Source: Mobula hypostoma (taxonomy: Eukaryota). From it: a stretch of DNA of 64,000 bases. The stretch spans positions 21,824,001-21,888,000 of the forward strand of contig NC_086108.1 in assembly GCF_963921235.1 (NCBI RefSeq), read 5' to 3'. A model generated the notes under the pieces. The model was not told the DNA's origin and did no database searches. It worked only from the letters and a program-made list of their open reading frames with translations. Shown here one piece after another: positions 38,900 through 51,252 of the stretch. Made by a program: the position numbers and the translations under genes. Each line of letters opens with the position of its first letter. Position 1 is the stretch's first letter.

Positions 38900-39700
38900 T
38901 TCAAATTTAAAGTAAATTTATGATCAAAGTATGTGCAGTATATGCCACCATATATTCTCCTGAAATTGATTTTCTTGCAGACATTCATAGTAGAATGAAA
39001 AAATACAATAGAATCAATGAAAAACTAAACACAAAGACTAACAAACAGCCATTGTACAAAATAAGACAAACTGCAAATCAAAAAAAAAAAAAAAATCACA
39101 AATAAATAATTAATGTTGAGAACATGAGTTGTTGAGCCATTGCAAGTGAGTCCGTAGGTTGTGGAATCAGTTCACTGTCGAGGTGAGTGAAATATCCATG
39201 CTGGTTCAGGAGCTTGAGGTTGAGGGGTGAACCTGGTGATGTTGGGGCCAAAGGCTTCTGAGCCTCCTGCCCAATGGCAACAGTGAGAAGAGAGCATGGC
39301 TTAGGTGATGGAGATTCTTAATGATGGATACTGTTTTCTTGTGGCAGTGCCCTTCCCATAATTATCTATCACTTTTTGTAGGCTTTTCCGTTCCATGTCA
39401 TCGGTGTTTCCATACCAAGCCGTGATGCAAGCAGTCAGGATACTCCCTACTTTGCATCTATAGAAATTTGTCAAAGTTTCAGATGGCTTGCCAAATTTGT
39501 GTAGACTTCTAAGAAAGATGAGATGCTGTCTTTGTGATGGCACTTACATGCTGGTATCAGTACAGATCCTCTGATAAAATGATGTCATTGTGTTGCATTT
39601 GTGCTGATGGAGGTTGTGGAGGAGATGTTGCCAATCCAAACTGACTGGGTCTGCAAGTGAAGAAATCGAGTATTTGCACATGGAAGTATCAAGACCAACA
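38900..39700 (-). mobile_element. Rex1/Babar-like LINE 3' end, decayed
   Basis: ORF 39301-39543 FLRSLHKFG..LTNFYRCKVGSILTACITAWYGN; tail ttcaaatttaaagtaaattta. Confidence 0.8.
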
Positions 39701-40189
39701 TTGATGTGAGAGTTGATAGCTTCATATACATTTTGCCTTAAAATTATTTATAAAATATGAAAACAATTGAAATTAAGAGCACATTTAGAAGTCATTTTTA
39801 CTTCTGTTGTGGGTGGAGAAATGTTTATGCTGCATCTGCTGGTTAAACGGATTGTTTGGATGTCTTGAACTTACTGTGGTGTTAGTTTTTTAAAGTTGTT
39901 AGGACATTTGCAGAACTCATGATTTAGCTGTTTTTATAGTTTTGCAAGTAATGACATTAACAACAAACTTTGTCGATCTTATTTCATAGCAGTGGCAAGC
40001 AGTTTAAAAAGTATTTCGTAATATTGCATGAATATTTTAGCAATCTAAAATTTGAGTTTTTCTGATCCATGTATAAAGTATGATTGGTGTGTAACTAACA
40101 GGAATTCTGCAGATGCTGGAAATTCAAGCAACACACATAAAAGTTGCTGGTGAGCGCAGCAGGCCAGGCAGCATCTCCAGGAAGAGGTG

Positions 40190-40227
40190 CAGTCGACGTT
40201 TCAGGCCGAGACCCTTCGTCAGGACTA
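40190..40227 (-). ncRNA. Minimal type I hammerhead ribozyme motif, intact, in the Penelope pLTR
   Basis: Minus strand AGTC-CTGACGA-AGGgtctcggCCT-GAAA-CGTC-GACT, on the same strand as the RT ORF. Confidence 0.82.
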
Positions 40228-40520
40228 ACTGAAGCAAGAGTGAGTAAGGGATTTGAAAGTTGGAGGGGGAGAGGGAGATCCAAAATGATAGGAGAAGACA
40301 GGAGGGGGAGGGATGGAGCCAAGAGCTGGACAGGTGATAGGCAAAAGGGATATGAGAGGATCATGGGACAGGAGGTCCGGGAAGAAAGACAAGGTGGGGG
40401 GGGACCCAGAGGATGGGCAAGGGGTATATTCAGAGGGATAGAGGGAGAAAAAGGAGAGTGAGAGAAAGAATGTGTGTATAAAAATAAGTAACAGATGGGG
40501 TACGAGGGGGAGGTGGGGCA

Positions 40521-41806
40521 TTAGCGGAAATTAGAGAAGTCGATGTTCATGTCATCAGGTTGGAGGCTACCCAGACGGAATATAAGGTGTTGTTCCTCCA
40601 ACCTGAGTGTGGCTTCATCTTTACAGTAGAGGAGGCCGTGGATAGACATGTCAGAATGGGAATGGGATGTGGAATTAAAATGTGTGGCCACTGGGAGATC
40701 CTGCTTTCTCTGGTGGACAGAGCGTAGGTGTTTAGCAAAGCAGTCTCCCAGTCTGCGTCGGGTCTCGCCAATATATAAAAGGCCACATCAGGAGCACCGG
40801 ACGCAGTATATCACCCCAGCCGACTCACAGGTGAAATGTTGCCTCACCTGGAAGGACTGTTTGGGGCCCTGAATGGTGGTAAGGGAGGAAGTGTAAGGGC
40901 AGGTGTAGCACTTGTTCTGCTTACACGGATAAGTGCCAGGAGGGAGATCAGTGGGGAGGGATGGGGGGGACGAATGGACAAGGGAGTTGCGTAGGGAGCG
41001 ATCCCTGCGGAATGCAGAGAGAGGGGCGGAGGGAAAGATGTGCTTAGTGGTGGGATCCCGTTGGAGGTGGCAGAAGTTACGGAGAATAATATGTTGGACC
41101 CGGAGGCTGGTGGGGGAACCCTATTCCTAGTGTGGTGGCGGGAGGATGGAGTGAGAGCAGATGTACATGAAATGGGGGAGATGCGTTTAAGAGCAGAGTT
41201 GATAGTGGAGGAAGGGAAGCCCCTTTCTTTAAAAAAGGAAGACCTCTCCCTCGTCCTGGAATGAAAAGCCTCATCCTGAGAGCAGATGCGGCGGAGATGG
41301 AGGAATTGCGAGAAGTGGATGGCGTTTTTGCAAGAGACAGGGTGAGAAGAGGAATAGTCCAGATAGCTGTGAGAGTCAGTAGGCTTATAGTAGACATCAG
41401 TGGATAAGCTGTCTCCTGAGACAGAGACAGAAAGATCTAGAAAGGGGAGGGAGGTATCGGAAATGGACCAGGTAAACTGGAGGGCAGGGTGAAAGTTGGA
41501 GGCAAAGTTAATAAAGTCAACGAGCTCTGCATGCGTGCAGGAAGCAGCACCAATGCAGTCGTCGATGTAGCGAAGGAAAAGTGGGGGACAGATACCAGAA
41601 TAGGCACGGAACATAGATTGTTCCACAAAGCCAACAAAAAGGCAGGCATAGCTAGGACCCATACGAGTGCCCATAGCTACACCTTTAGTTTGGAGGAAGT
41701 GGGAGGAGCCAAAGGAGAAATTATTAAGAGTAAGGACTAATTCCGCTAGACGGAGCAGAGTAGTGGTAGAGGGGAACTGATTAGGTCTGGAATCCAAAAA
41801 GAAGCG
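40521..41806 (-). pseudogene. Penelope RT + GIY-YIG endonuclease ORF remnant (frameshifted, internal stop)
   Basis: RT: QTKGVAMGTRMGPSYACLF, FLRYIDDCI, DVYYKPTDSHSYLDYSSSHP. In another frame: linker PCKQNKCYTCPY and GVIYCVRCS*CGLLYIGETRRRLGDCF..HLIFRLGSLQPDDMNIDFSNFR. Confidence 0.9.
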
Positions 41807-42089
41807 TTGAGCTTTGAGCTTTGGTGTGTAACTATTAAGACATACAAAATGCTGCCTAGACTTCCTCTTGTAGCTGTGTAAATTTGTAATTGGCCCCAAT
41901 ATTTCTGTTTTTCTTTCCAACATGTTCATTGGCAATGAAAGTGTTCTAGGTTCATATCCTGTTATTCTGAACATTTTGGGGATGAAAAGCTAATCACAGT
42001 AGAAGTTGGATTATGTGGATTACGTGTTGATTGGTGGCTGGTAGAATCCTGCATGTTTTAGGTGTGTTTCTTGAGTCAGACAGGCATTC

Positions 42090-42200
42090 CCTAAGCAATC
42101 CTGAAGAAGAGTCTTGGCCTGAAATGTTGACTGTTTACTCTTTTCCATCGATGCTGCCTAACCTGCTGAGTTCCTCCAGCATTTTGTGTGTGTTGCTTTG
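42090..42200 (+). mobile_element. Solo Penelope pLTR fragment with hammerhead boxes
   Basis: aatcCTGAAGAagagtcttggcctGAAAtgttgactg..ccagcattttgtgtgtgttgct. Confidence 0.75.
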
Positions 42201-45200
42201 CCTGACTCAAAGCCAGGAAAAAAACTGTTTTAAGTTGCTAAATATTTGCTTCTCTTCAAACTTCCTCAGGAATTTGCTGGCAAGTTCAGGCCTTACAGAA
42301 TTGACTCTTGAATCTTATGAAATATTGTGTTTGGATCAGGATTGTGGTTGACTAAGAATCTAATATAAACGTGGTATAAATTTTTGCTCTTGGAAAAGTG
42401 TTTGTCATTATTTAATGCAGCAATTCAAACTGAACACAAAACAACAAGTACAGTTTTGCAAAGCTAATGTTCCAGATTTTTTAAGGTTTGGCATAGAAGT
42501 GACAATGTTACAATTATTCATTCAGCCAGGGAAGTGACGGGTAGGTAATTGGAAAATTTTTACTCTAAACATGATTTTTGTGGACTGTTCTCCTCAAAGC
42601 TCATGTTGTTATTTCATGTAATTCTGTGCTCCAGTTATGATTGAGTGAGGATCAAAATTGTGGTTACATTTCTCATGTCTCAGAGCTATATATTTTTGAC
42701 AGTTGATGAACTCCTGTTTATCGTGGGATTGAAATCAGGAGAATTGTTTCATGAGCTGGTCTTTCTTCTATTATTTATCATACTAGTTGGGAACCTTTTC
42801 CAGCTCTGTTTAGGCGTAACAATGCAACCTCTCAGAAAACATGCTGGTGTACTGTGGTGTCAGATGAATCAATTTGTTTTGGATTGAAGTACAAGGCTAG
42901 CAATCAGGGGGCGTGGTGTAATATGCTAGAGTTCACATTCCATTACATGAGCTGGGTTGTTTACATTCAATTAAATAAATTGTGGAATTAAAAAATTCTC
43001 TCCAATAGTTTACCCATCACTGATGTAAGACTCACTGGTCTATAATTCCCAGGGTTATCCCTATTACATTTCTTGAACAAAGGAATAACATTTGCCACCT
43101 CCAATCATCTGGATGAGTTCTATGGCTAAAGCCCCAACAACCTCTTCCCTCAGTTCCTGTAGTGTGTAGACAAGTGGAAGAAAATGGTGGGAGTTCATGT
43201 GAATATGAGGAGAATAAAATAAAATTAATGTAAATGGATACTTGGTGGTTGTTGTGAGCTCACTGGACCCAAGTGTCTGTTTTAGCACCCTATGGATCTA
43301 TGGATTTCTTACTCAGCACAATCACTAACAAGATATTGAGCCCATCACCACTCCCGATCCAGCATAGTCACGCCGAAACTGCACTTAATGTGAGTTTTTA
43401 ACTTTTGGGGAAGTGCAGAGAAAGAAGAAAAAATAACAGAGGGGTTTTTGAATGACATTTAGTTTGGTGTGTTGTGAAAGGGTGTGTACACTTTAATTGA
43501 AACACTCCTTTCTAAAAGTTGCACTGCTTCTAGTTATGTTACTCATGAAATTTCTGGATTGTTAGATCAGAAATTTTGGGGATCTCCAGGCTGGAGTGAG
43601 CAAGGTTTAATCAAGGTTTTTCTTCCTGTAAATGTATACTTTGGTAATAAATTAATTAAAATGTTTGAATTAACGTACATTAAGCAGTTCTCTGCAAGCA
43701 AATTTAAAATTAACCAGCAATTAACTTCTAGCAATTTTGTCTTATTTCTCCTGTTTTCTCATTACCTTTACTTTTTTTTTGTAATTTCTATTCAAAATTA
43801 TAAACTGACTTAAAGCTGCTTGAGTCTCAAATCCAGTTCAGTAGAACTGATTTTGGATCAGTGGTCTCTGAAGGCCCTTTTGTATCAACAATTTGAGGTT
43901 GTAAAACCATCAAGACAAGATCCAGATCTTTCCTAGACTAGCTGACTAGGCTTGAAGTGCCTGGAGAGTCAGTGCAGTCCTGAAAAGGTTAAGCAGCAAG
44001 CATGAGCTGGATGAACTTGATTTTCACAAGAAACATTCACATTTTTTTCTTAGTCTATGTTCTAATGGTGTGATTTTCCACACTGATGCTTTTAATATAT
44101 TTCTTAAAGATGACTTTACAGAATGGTTGATTGAACCCTGGTCCATGTCTGTTCTTTTTCCAACACTTTTGCTCTCTGTCTTCCCTCTTCTTAGAACCAT
44201 AAATGGATTCCTTTTATCCTTCAGTTGAATTTTTCCATCCTCTGTTATTCCCACAACCTTTACGATGATGCTACCTTCAAATACATCTTCTCCCTCTCAT
44301 TAGGAAGTATTGCCTTAATGATCTGTTCTTAATTTGTTCCTAATAACTAGTCTGTATCCCATGGAGCAACACCTCAACTTTCAGTTATGCAGATTTTGCA
44401 CCCGGATGAACTTCAGACTGAGTTCACCAATTTTATGTTACAAGTGTTTTATTGATTGCAGTGATTGATGTTGTCAGTTATAGGTACTTGTATATCGTAT
44501 TTTATTTCTCCTTTTAACCATTAACACCACTTTTTGGTTTGCATCTCTCATGTCAATTAATCATTCATATTTGTAATCCTGTTAATAACCTTACTTCAAA
44601 TTTTTACCTCCCACACATTTTGCAATCACATTATCTATGTATTTGCTTAAAACCAAATGTATTTTAAATTTTGGCAATTGCAGAAAAATAGTCCAAACTG
44701 AAAGCTTCACTGATTTCCCTCTACCGACAGTGAACATTTCCAACAGTTTCTGTTTTATATAGACTGCTTTTTTTTTAGATTTGTCAAGAAAAAGTGAATC
44801 CATACTGATCTGTGATGTGGGCAACTATTTCCTCAAGTGTTGAAAATGTAGTTCAAAACAGATGGAGGATAAATGCCTTTTCAGGGATGTACAGGGAGTT
44901 ACTTTTCTATGAGTGGAGTTCAGGGAAGTACTAAAAGGAAGTGGTGTGCTGGGGCCACTATGAACAACAAACCTGCATGTGTAGCCACTGAAACTCCCTG
45001 TTTCACAACATATAGAGACCGACAATGGGAGAGTTTGTGTTCTCAGTTGGAATCTTCAGTTAAATTCTGCGGTGTCTCATGATTTATAAATTCAGACACA
45101 GTGGGGATTGAGATTTAATTTAGAACAACATGGCTGTAAAGTGTTCCATGTTATTTGAAGCACTTCCTGTATGTGTTTCATGTTTTCACATAACTCCTGT

Positions 45201-45869
45201 AGCAGGTGTATTTTTAGTAGCTGCTTTATCGGACTGGCTACTGTCACAGGAAATGTTTGAATTGGGAAACAGATGGCAATTGTGATACTGAAGTAAATGA
45301 TTAAGGCATGTGCTGTTTCTGTTCATCTTTCCCTCGGCATCAATTTATCTATTAATAATTTAAACTTTGTGTTTACTACGGCTGTAGTAACATTTGTGTG
45401 CACGTAGAAACTTGAGTCAATGTTTCTGGAAGTTCGGTTCGTGAGTTCGGGCAAATGCAGATGGGCAGACGATGGCTGATCTGACGAGTGGGCAGGTAGG
45501 TAGTTTGTTGTGTAGTGTACTCTTCCTGCTTTTACACAGGGTTTCATTATGATGCCAGTGCATTCACCCAAGGTTTTTAATACGGTTTGAACGCTCCTTC
45601 ACTAGACTGTGCAGGCGTGGGTCACAGATCGCTAAGAGTTAGTGGGGAAGGTATATTTTAAAGTTCATGAGTGCTTGCTCAACAGAATTGACTGAGTGTA
45701 ATTAGAACCTCGATGCTGGGGATGTTGAACTTGGACGCTGTTGTGGGTTTGCTGTGATGTGGCTCCTCAGATAAGAGAAGCAGCTTACATTTTCCATTAG
45801 CTTTTATTTTTAGAGGGCAGCAAGGAAAAGTTGGTCAAAGCTGGAGGAAGGCCATTATCTCAGTGGATT

Positions 45870-46172
45870 AGCTTTATTTATTTGTCACATGTAAGTTGAA
45901 ACGTACTGTGAAATGTGTCGTTTTTGTCAAATCAAATCAGCGAGGGTTGTGCTTAGTAACCAGCAAGTGTGCCACAGTAACCAGCAAGTGTGCCACGCTT
46001 CCGGCTCCAACATAGTATGCCCACAATTCACTAACCCTAAATGTATGCCTTTGGAATGTGGGAGGAAACCAGAGCACCCAGAGGAAACCTATACAGTCAC
46101 AGGAAGAATGTTCAAGCTCTTTACAAACAGCACGTGGAATCAAATCCTGATCTTGCAGTTGGCGCTGTAAGG
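45870..46172 (-). mobile_element. V-SINE (HE1-like) with internal 21-bp tandem duplication
   Basis: ttggaatgtgggaggaaaccagagcacccagaggaaacc core; AGTAACCAGCAAGTGTGCCAC twice at 45955-45996. Confidence 0.75.
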
Positions 46173-47604
46173 TGTTGCACTGAGTGCCTGCCTGCTGGTC
46201 AGATCTGGCATCTGCTGCCTGTCTATATTTGTGTATGCTCAGAGATCGAGCCAAGCTGCTTTACCTTACAAGTGTTGAGTGTAAAACCCATCCTATCATA
46301 TGCTTCAAAAAACGAATCAGAAATGGCTTAGACCTTGGGTTCTGAGTGCACAGCAGTGCAGGCATCTCATCTTTCTACATTGGCTTTGCAGCTCACAAAA
46401 CTGGAATGGAAACAAGTGAGGAACTGCTGAAGAAAAAGAGTGCAGCAGGGGAAAGCTCAATTTGAGATTGCAGACCATAACCTGCAGATTTTATTAAGGT
46501 CACAAGTAGCCAGTTATTTGTGTGTGTTAACTGAAGACCTTAAATTCCAAATTCACCCTTTATTGTACCAATGGAGGCAAAAGTGTTTCTTTAAAAAAAT
46601 CACAATATTACAGCTCAAAAATATTTCTACATGTCAGCAACATAGTTCAATCAAGTTCTTAATTCTACTGTTGGAGGTGTTTAAAGCAGGTGAATTCCAC
46701 TCAATAGCATCAGGACCTCCTTTTGGAGTTGAGGGGAAAGAGGGTAGAAGAAAAAATACCTAGTGAACATAAAACAACATTAGCAATTTTCCCAAAGGAT
46801 ACCAGTATTCTGTTCCCTTCAGAGTAATTGCATTGTTTGAAAATATTTTCACTCAGTTTCTGAATAGAAGTTTGAAGATGCTGTGCCTTAGAAGCCAGAT
46901 ATGGATTTATATTTTGAGTTGCTTGTCATAGTAAACGTGAAGAATACATGGGAAAGAACAATCAGCTAATGTGATAAGAGTGTAAATAAACAAATTGGTT
47001 CCTGCACTGACACATTTACATACTACTAATATAGTTGTTACTTTTGAATGGGAATAAATCTATTAGCTGTGCATTGGGAGAAGTTTCTTGAATATTGTAG
47101 CGATTTAAAGTTTAATGACCATTTAGATCAATGTGGCTAGAAAATAAAAATGCCAACATTATTAATCAGCAGTATTGTATTCTAAACATTATCACTACGG
47201 CACTGGAGACAGCTGGCAAAACACAGTTGCAAATTCTGTGGTAATGAGTTCAAGTCTTCCAGGGTTGTGTAAAATGCTTTGTTGCAACATATGTGGAGCA
47301 TTATATTTTGCACTGTATTTTTAAAATTGATTAGCCTTTTTGGGGTTTAACATTTCTTGCAGAACCAGATTTGTACTAGTTCCGTCAAATTAGTGAGGAA
47401 TCGGACAGTACTTGAAAGAGCACTTCATTTACTATGTGGCAAGAAAATCATTTTTCAAGCTGATACATAGGTATCATGGAAGTTCAGTTAAACTGCACGT
47501 TTTGATTTCAGCCAGACTCCATAAAGAATTCTGATGTGAAAAACCGAAAGTTGGAACTGTAACAAAATAAATGCAAGTTACATGCTATTGCTGATCTCTT
47601 TGAA

Positions 47605-48215
47605 GTCTTCAAAGTAAATTTGTTATCAAAGTACATATATACAACCCTGAGATTCATTTACTTGCGGACACACTCAGAAAATCCAAGAAGCACAACAGGA
47701 TCAATGAAGGACCACCCCCAACAGGACGGACAAACAAGCAATATGAAAAAGGCAACAAACTGTGGAAATACAAAAAGAAATAATAATAATAATAAATAAA
47801 TAAGCAATAAACACCAAAAACATGAGATGAAAAGTCCTTGAAAGTGAGTCCATAGTTTGTGGAATCAGTTCAGATTTGAGGTAAGCGATGTTATCCATGT
47901 TGGGTTCATGAGCCTGATAGCAGCATTGAGAGGAGAGCATGGCCTGGATGGTGGGTGTCCTTCATGTTGGATGCTGCTTTTGTTTCGTTGTGCTGCTTGT
48001 AAAAGTGCTCAGTAGTAGGGAGGGCTTTGCCTGGATGTTCTGGGCTCCATCCAGCACGTTTGTAGCCTTTTCTATTCCTGGCCATTGGTGTTTTGCATAG
48101 TTGATGCAACCAGTTAGGTTACTTTCCACTGTGCATCTATAGAAAGGTTTTATGGGGCATGCTAAATCTGTGTAAACCTCTCCGAAAGTAGAGGTGCAGT
48201 CGTGCCTTCTTTGTG
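47605..48215 (-). mobile_element. Rex1/Babar-like LINE 3' end, decayed
   Basis: KAASNMKDTHHPGHALLSML (ORF 47906-48109); tail ttcaaagtaaatttgttatcaaagtac. Confidence 0.8.
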
Positions 48216-48676
48216 AATCAGAGCAGCAACCATCTGTATACTGTATCTACAAAAATCACAACCTTTATGACTGAGAGCAATAGACAATGATTACAAGCAT
48301 TAAATGACAATTTGAGAAGTTTTGTCTGGACCACTGTTGCTATTATCACTATAAGGGATAAGCTGCATTGGAGCATAAATAAGTTCTTTTCGGCCCAATA
48401 ATTTGACCTCTTCTATATCTGTTTGCAGCCTTTGTACTTATTTTGCTTGTTTCAATAAATCTGTACAGTTCTTTCTTCTTCAGCCACTTTCTCAAATCAC
48501 TTTTGGGCTCACTTGCTTCAATTCTGAACTGATTCCACAACCTACAGACTGACTACTCATGTTCTTGGTATTATTTATTTGTCTTTTTATTTATGCAGTT
48601 TATTTTCTTTAGCATATTTGTCCATATTTAGTTATACAGTTTTGTCATAAACTCTATTGTATCTCTTTGATTATGA

Positions 48677-48937
48677 TGTCGGCTGGTGACACAGTGAGAT
48701 CAGCGCCAGGCTCGAGAACGGAGGTTCCCAAGTTCAATCCAGTGACAGACCGCCTCCAAGCGTCCTCTCCAGTCGCGCCGGGTTGATGTCAAGCTCACAA
48801 CTCGGCCTCGTAAAATAATACAGTGAAATGTCTGTGCGAGGAGTGGCGTCCCACACAGCCTTTCGAATTGTGCCTTGTAAGGCATGAAAATGCCCGATGC
48901 TGGCCTCTCAGGTCTGAGTCGAAGTCATCATCATCAT
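48677..48937 (+). mobile_element. tRNA-derived SINE with (CAT)n tail, inserted in a Rex1 3' UTR (48540-49040)
   Basis: tggtgacacagtg and agttcaatcc boxes, CpG-rich body, catcatcatcat end, tatctcttt near both ends. Confidence 0.7.
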
Positions 48938-49049
48938 ATATCTCTTTATTTTTCTGTAAATATCTACAGTAAAATGAATCTCAATGTAATATATGGTGAA
49001 ATATGTGTGCTTTGATAGTAAATTTATGTTGACTTTGAGATCATGATTT

Positions 49050-51252
49050 CTAGTGTATTATGCTTGGACAAGGGAGACTACAACAGGATGAGGGAGGAGT
49101 TGACTAAGGTTGATTGGGAGCACAGGCTATTATAGGACAGTTGAGGAACAGTGGAATGCATTCAAAGGCATTTTTCACAGTGCTCAACCAAAGTATATTC
49201 CAGTCAAAGGTAAGGACAGTAAGTGTGGGGAGAGCCAGCATTGGATAACGAAGGAAATAAAAGATAGTATCAAATTAAAAGCTCGTGTACCAATTCACAA
49301 AGAGTAGTGGGAGACTGGAGGATTGGGAAAACTTTAAAAAGCAACAAAGGACAATTAAACAAGAAATAAGAAAAGGGAAGATAGAGTATGAAAGTAAATT
49401 AGCACAAAATGTACAAACGGATAGCAAAAGTTTTTATAAATATATAAAGCGGTGGAGAGTGGCTAAAGTCAACGTAGGTCCCTTGGAAGACGAGAAGGGG
49501 AAATTGATATTGGGTGATAAAGAAATGGCTGAGGCATTGAATGACTATTTTGTGTCAGTCTTCACGGTGGAGGACACATCTAGTATGCCAAAGAATGATG
49601 TTATGGATAAAATGGGAGGTGAGGACCTCGATAAAATCACTGTCACTAAAGAGATAGTGATGAGCAAACAAGAGGACCTGAAGGTAGATAAGTCCCCTGG
49701 TCTTGATGGGGTAAATCCCAGGGTGCTGAGGGAATTGGGAGAGGTTATAGTAGACGCGTTGGTAATCATTCATCAAAACTCTCTAGACTCTGGGCAGGTC
49801 CCAGCGGATTGGAAGACGGCAAATGTCACACCACTTCTTAAAAAAAGGACATAGGCAAAAGACGTGCAACTATAGGCCAGTTAGCTTAACATCTGTAGTC
49901 GGGAAAATGCTTGAAGCTATCATTAAGGAAGAAATAGCGAAACTTTTAGAAAGGAGTGGTTTCGTTAAATAGACGCTGCATAGATTCAGAAAGGGCAGGT
50001 CCTGTTTGACAAACTTAGTGGAGTTTTTTGAGGACATAATGAGTGCAGTGGATAGAGGGGAACAGGTGGATGTTGTATGCTTGGATTACCAGAAGGCGTT
50101 CGATAAGGTGCTGCACAAGAGACTGATAAATAAGATATGGATTTATGGAGTCAGGGGAAGTGTATTGGTATGGAGAGTGGACTGGTTAACCAATAGAAGA
50201 CAGAGAGTTGGTATAAATGGGTGTTTCTCTGGTTGGCAGTCAGTGGTGAGTGGGGTGCAGCAGGGGTCGGTGCTGGGCCCGCAGCTGTTTACCATTTACA
50301 TTGATGATTTGGAAGGGGGGACTGATGACACTAAAGTGAGTGGAAAAGCAAATTGTACAGAGGATGTGGAGAGTCTGCAGAGGGATATAGATAGATTAAG
50401 TGAGTGGGCCAAGGTCTGGAAGATGGAATACAACGTTGGCAAATGCGAGATCATCCACTTTGGAAGGAATAATAGAAGAGCAGATTATTATTTAAATGGT
50501 GAAAGATTGCAACATGCTGTTGTGCAGAGGGACTTGGGAGTGCTTGTTCATGAATCGCAAAATGTTGGCTTGCAGGTACAACAGGTTATTAAGAAGGCAA
50601 GTGGAATGTTGGCCTTCATTGCTAGAGGGATTGAATTCAAGAGCAGGGAGGTCATGCTGCAACTATACAGGGTACTGGTGAGGCCACACCTGGAGTACTG
50701 TGTGCAGTTCTGGTCTCCATACTTGAGGAAGGATATACTGGCTTTGGAGGCAGTGCAGAGGAGGTTCACCAGGTTGATTCCAGAGATGAAGGGGTTAACC
50801 TATGAGGAGAGATTGAGTCACCTGGGTCTATACTCTCTGGAATGCAGAAGAATGAGAGGGGATCTTATAGAAGCATACAAAATTTTGAAAGGGATAGATA
50901 AGATAGAAGTAGAAAAGTTGTTTCTATTGGTAGGCGAGACTAGAACATTGCCTCAAGATTCAGGGGAGAAGATTTTGGATGGAGATGAGGAGAAACTGTT
51001 TTTCTCAGAGAGTGGTGAATCTGTGGAATTCTCTGCCTAGGGAAGCAATTGAGACTTCCTCACTAAATATATTTAAGATACAGTTAGATAGATTTTTACA
51101 TAGTAGGGGAATTAAGGGTTATGGGGAAAAGGCAGGTAGATGGAGCTGAGTTTACGGACAGATCAGCCATGATCTTGTTGAATGGCAGGGCAGGCTCAAT
51201 GAGCCGGATGGCCTTCTCCAGCTCCTATTCCTTATGTTCTTAAGTTCTTATG
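49050..51252 (+). mobile_element. CR1 LINE, 2.2-kb 3' portion of ORF2 (pseudogenised RT)
   Basis: ORFs 49285-49854 (KSPGLDGVNPRVLREL..PADWKTANVTPLLKK) and 50006-51040 (LDYQKAFDKV, SGVQQGSVLGPQLFTIYIDDL, LVRPHLEYCVQFWSP). The segment before DDT is deleted. Tail ttcttatgttcttaagttcttatg. Confidence 0.93.

Larger units (their letters stand above)
40098..41820 (-). mobile_element. Penelope-like element (Neptune-type), 5'-truncated, with 14-bp TSD
   Basis: TSD TTGGTGTGTAACTA at 40084-40097 and 41821-41834. Contains RT, Cys linker, GIY-YIG domain, pyrimidine tract and hammerhead-bearing pLTR. Confidence 0.93.

Noticed and set aside
40844..41974. 376-aa ORF as an intact gene or telomerase-like host RT
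   Set aside because: The N-terminal ~50 aa come from flanking DNA beyond the TSD and the C-terminus is out of frame with the endonuclease; it is a truncated Penelope copy.
46392..46421. 24-nt microexon (LTKLEWKQ) between ttgcag and gtgagg
   Set aside because: Splice-like signals of this quality occur by chance; there is no independent support.
50006..51040. 344-aa ORF as a functional or domesticated RT
   Set aside because: The catalytic FADD region is partly deleted, upstream frames are broken, and it is an ordinary CR1 fragment.
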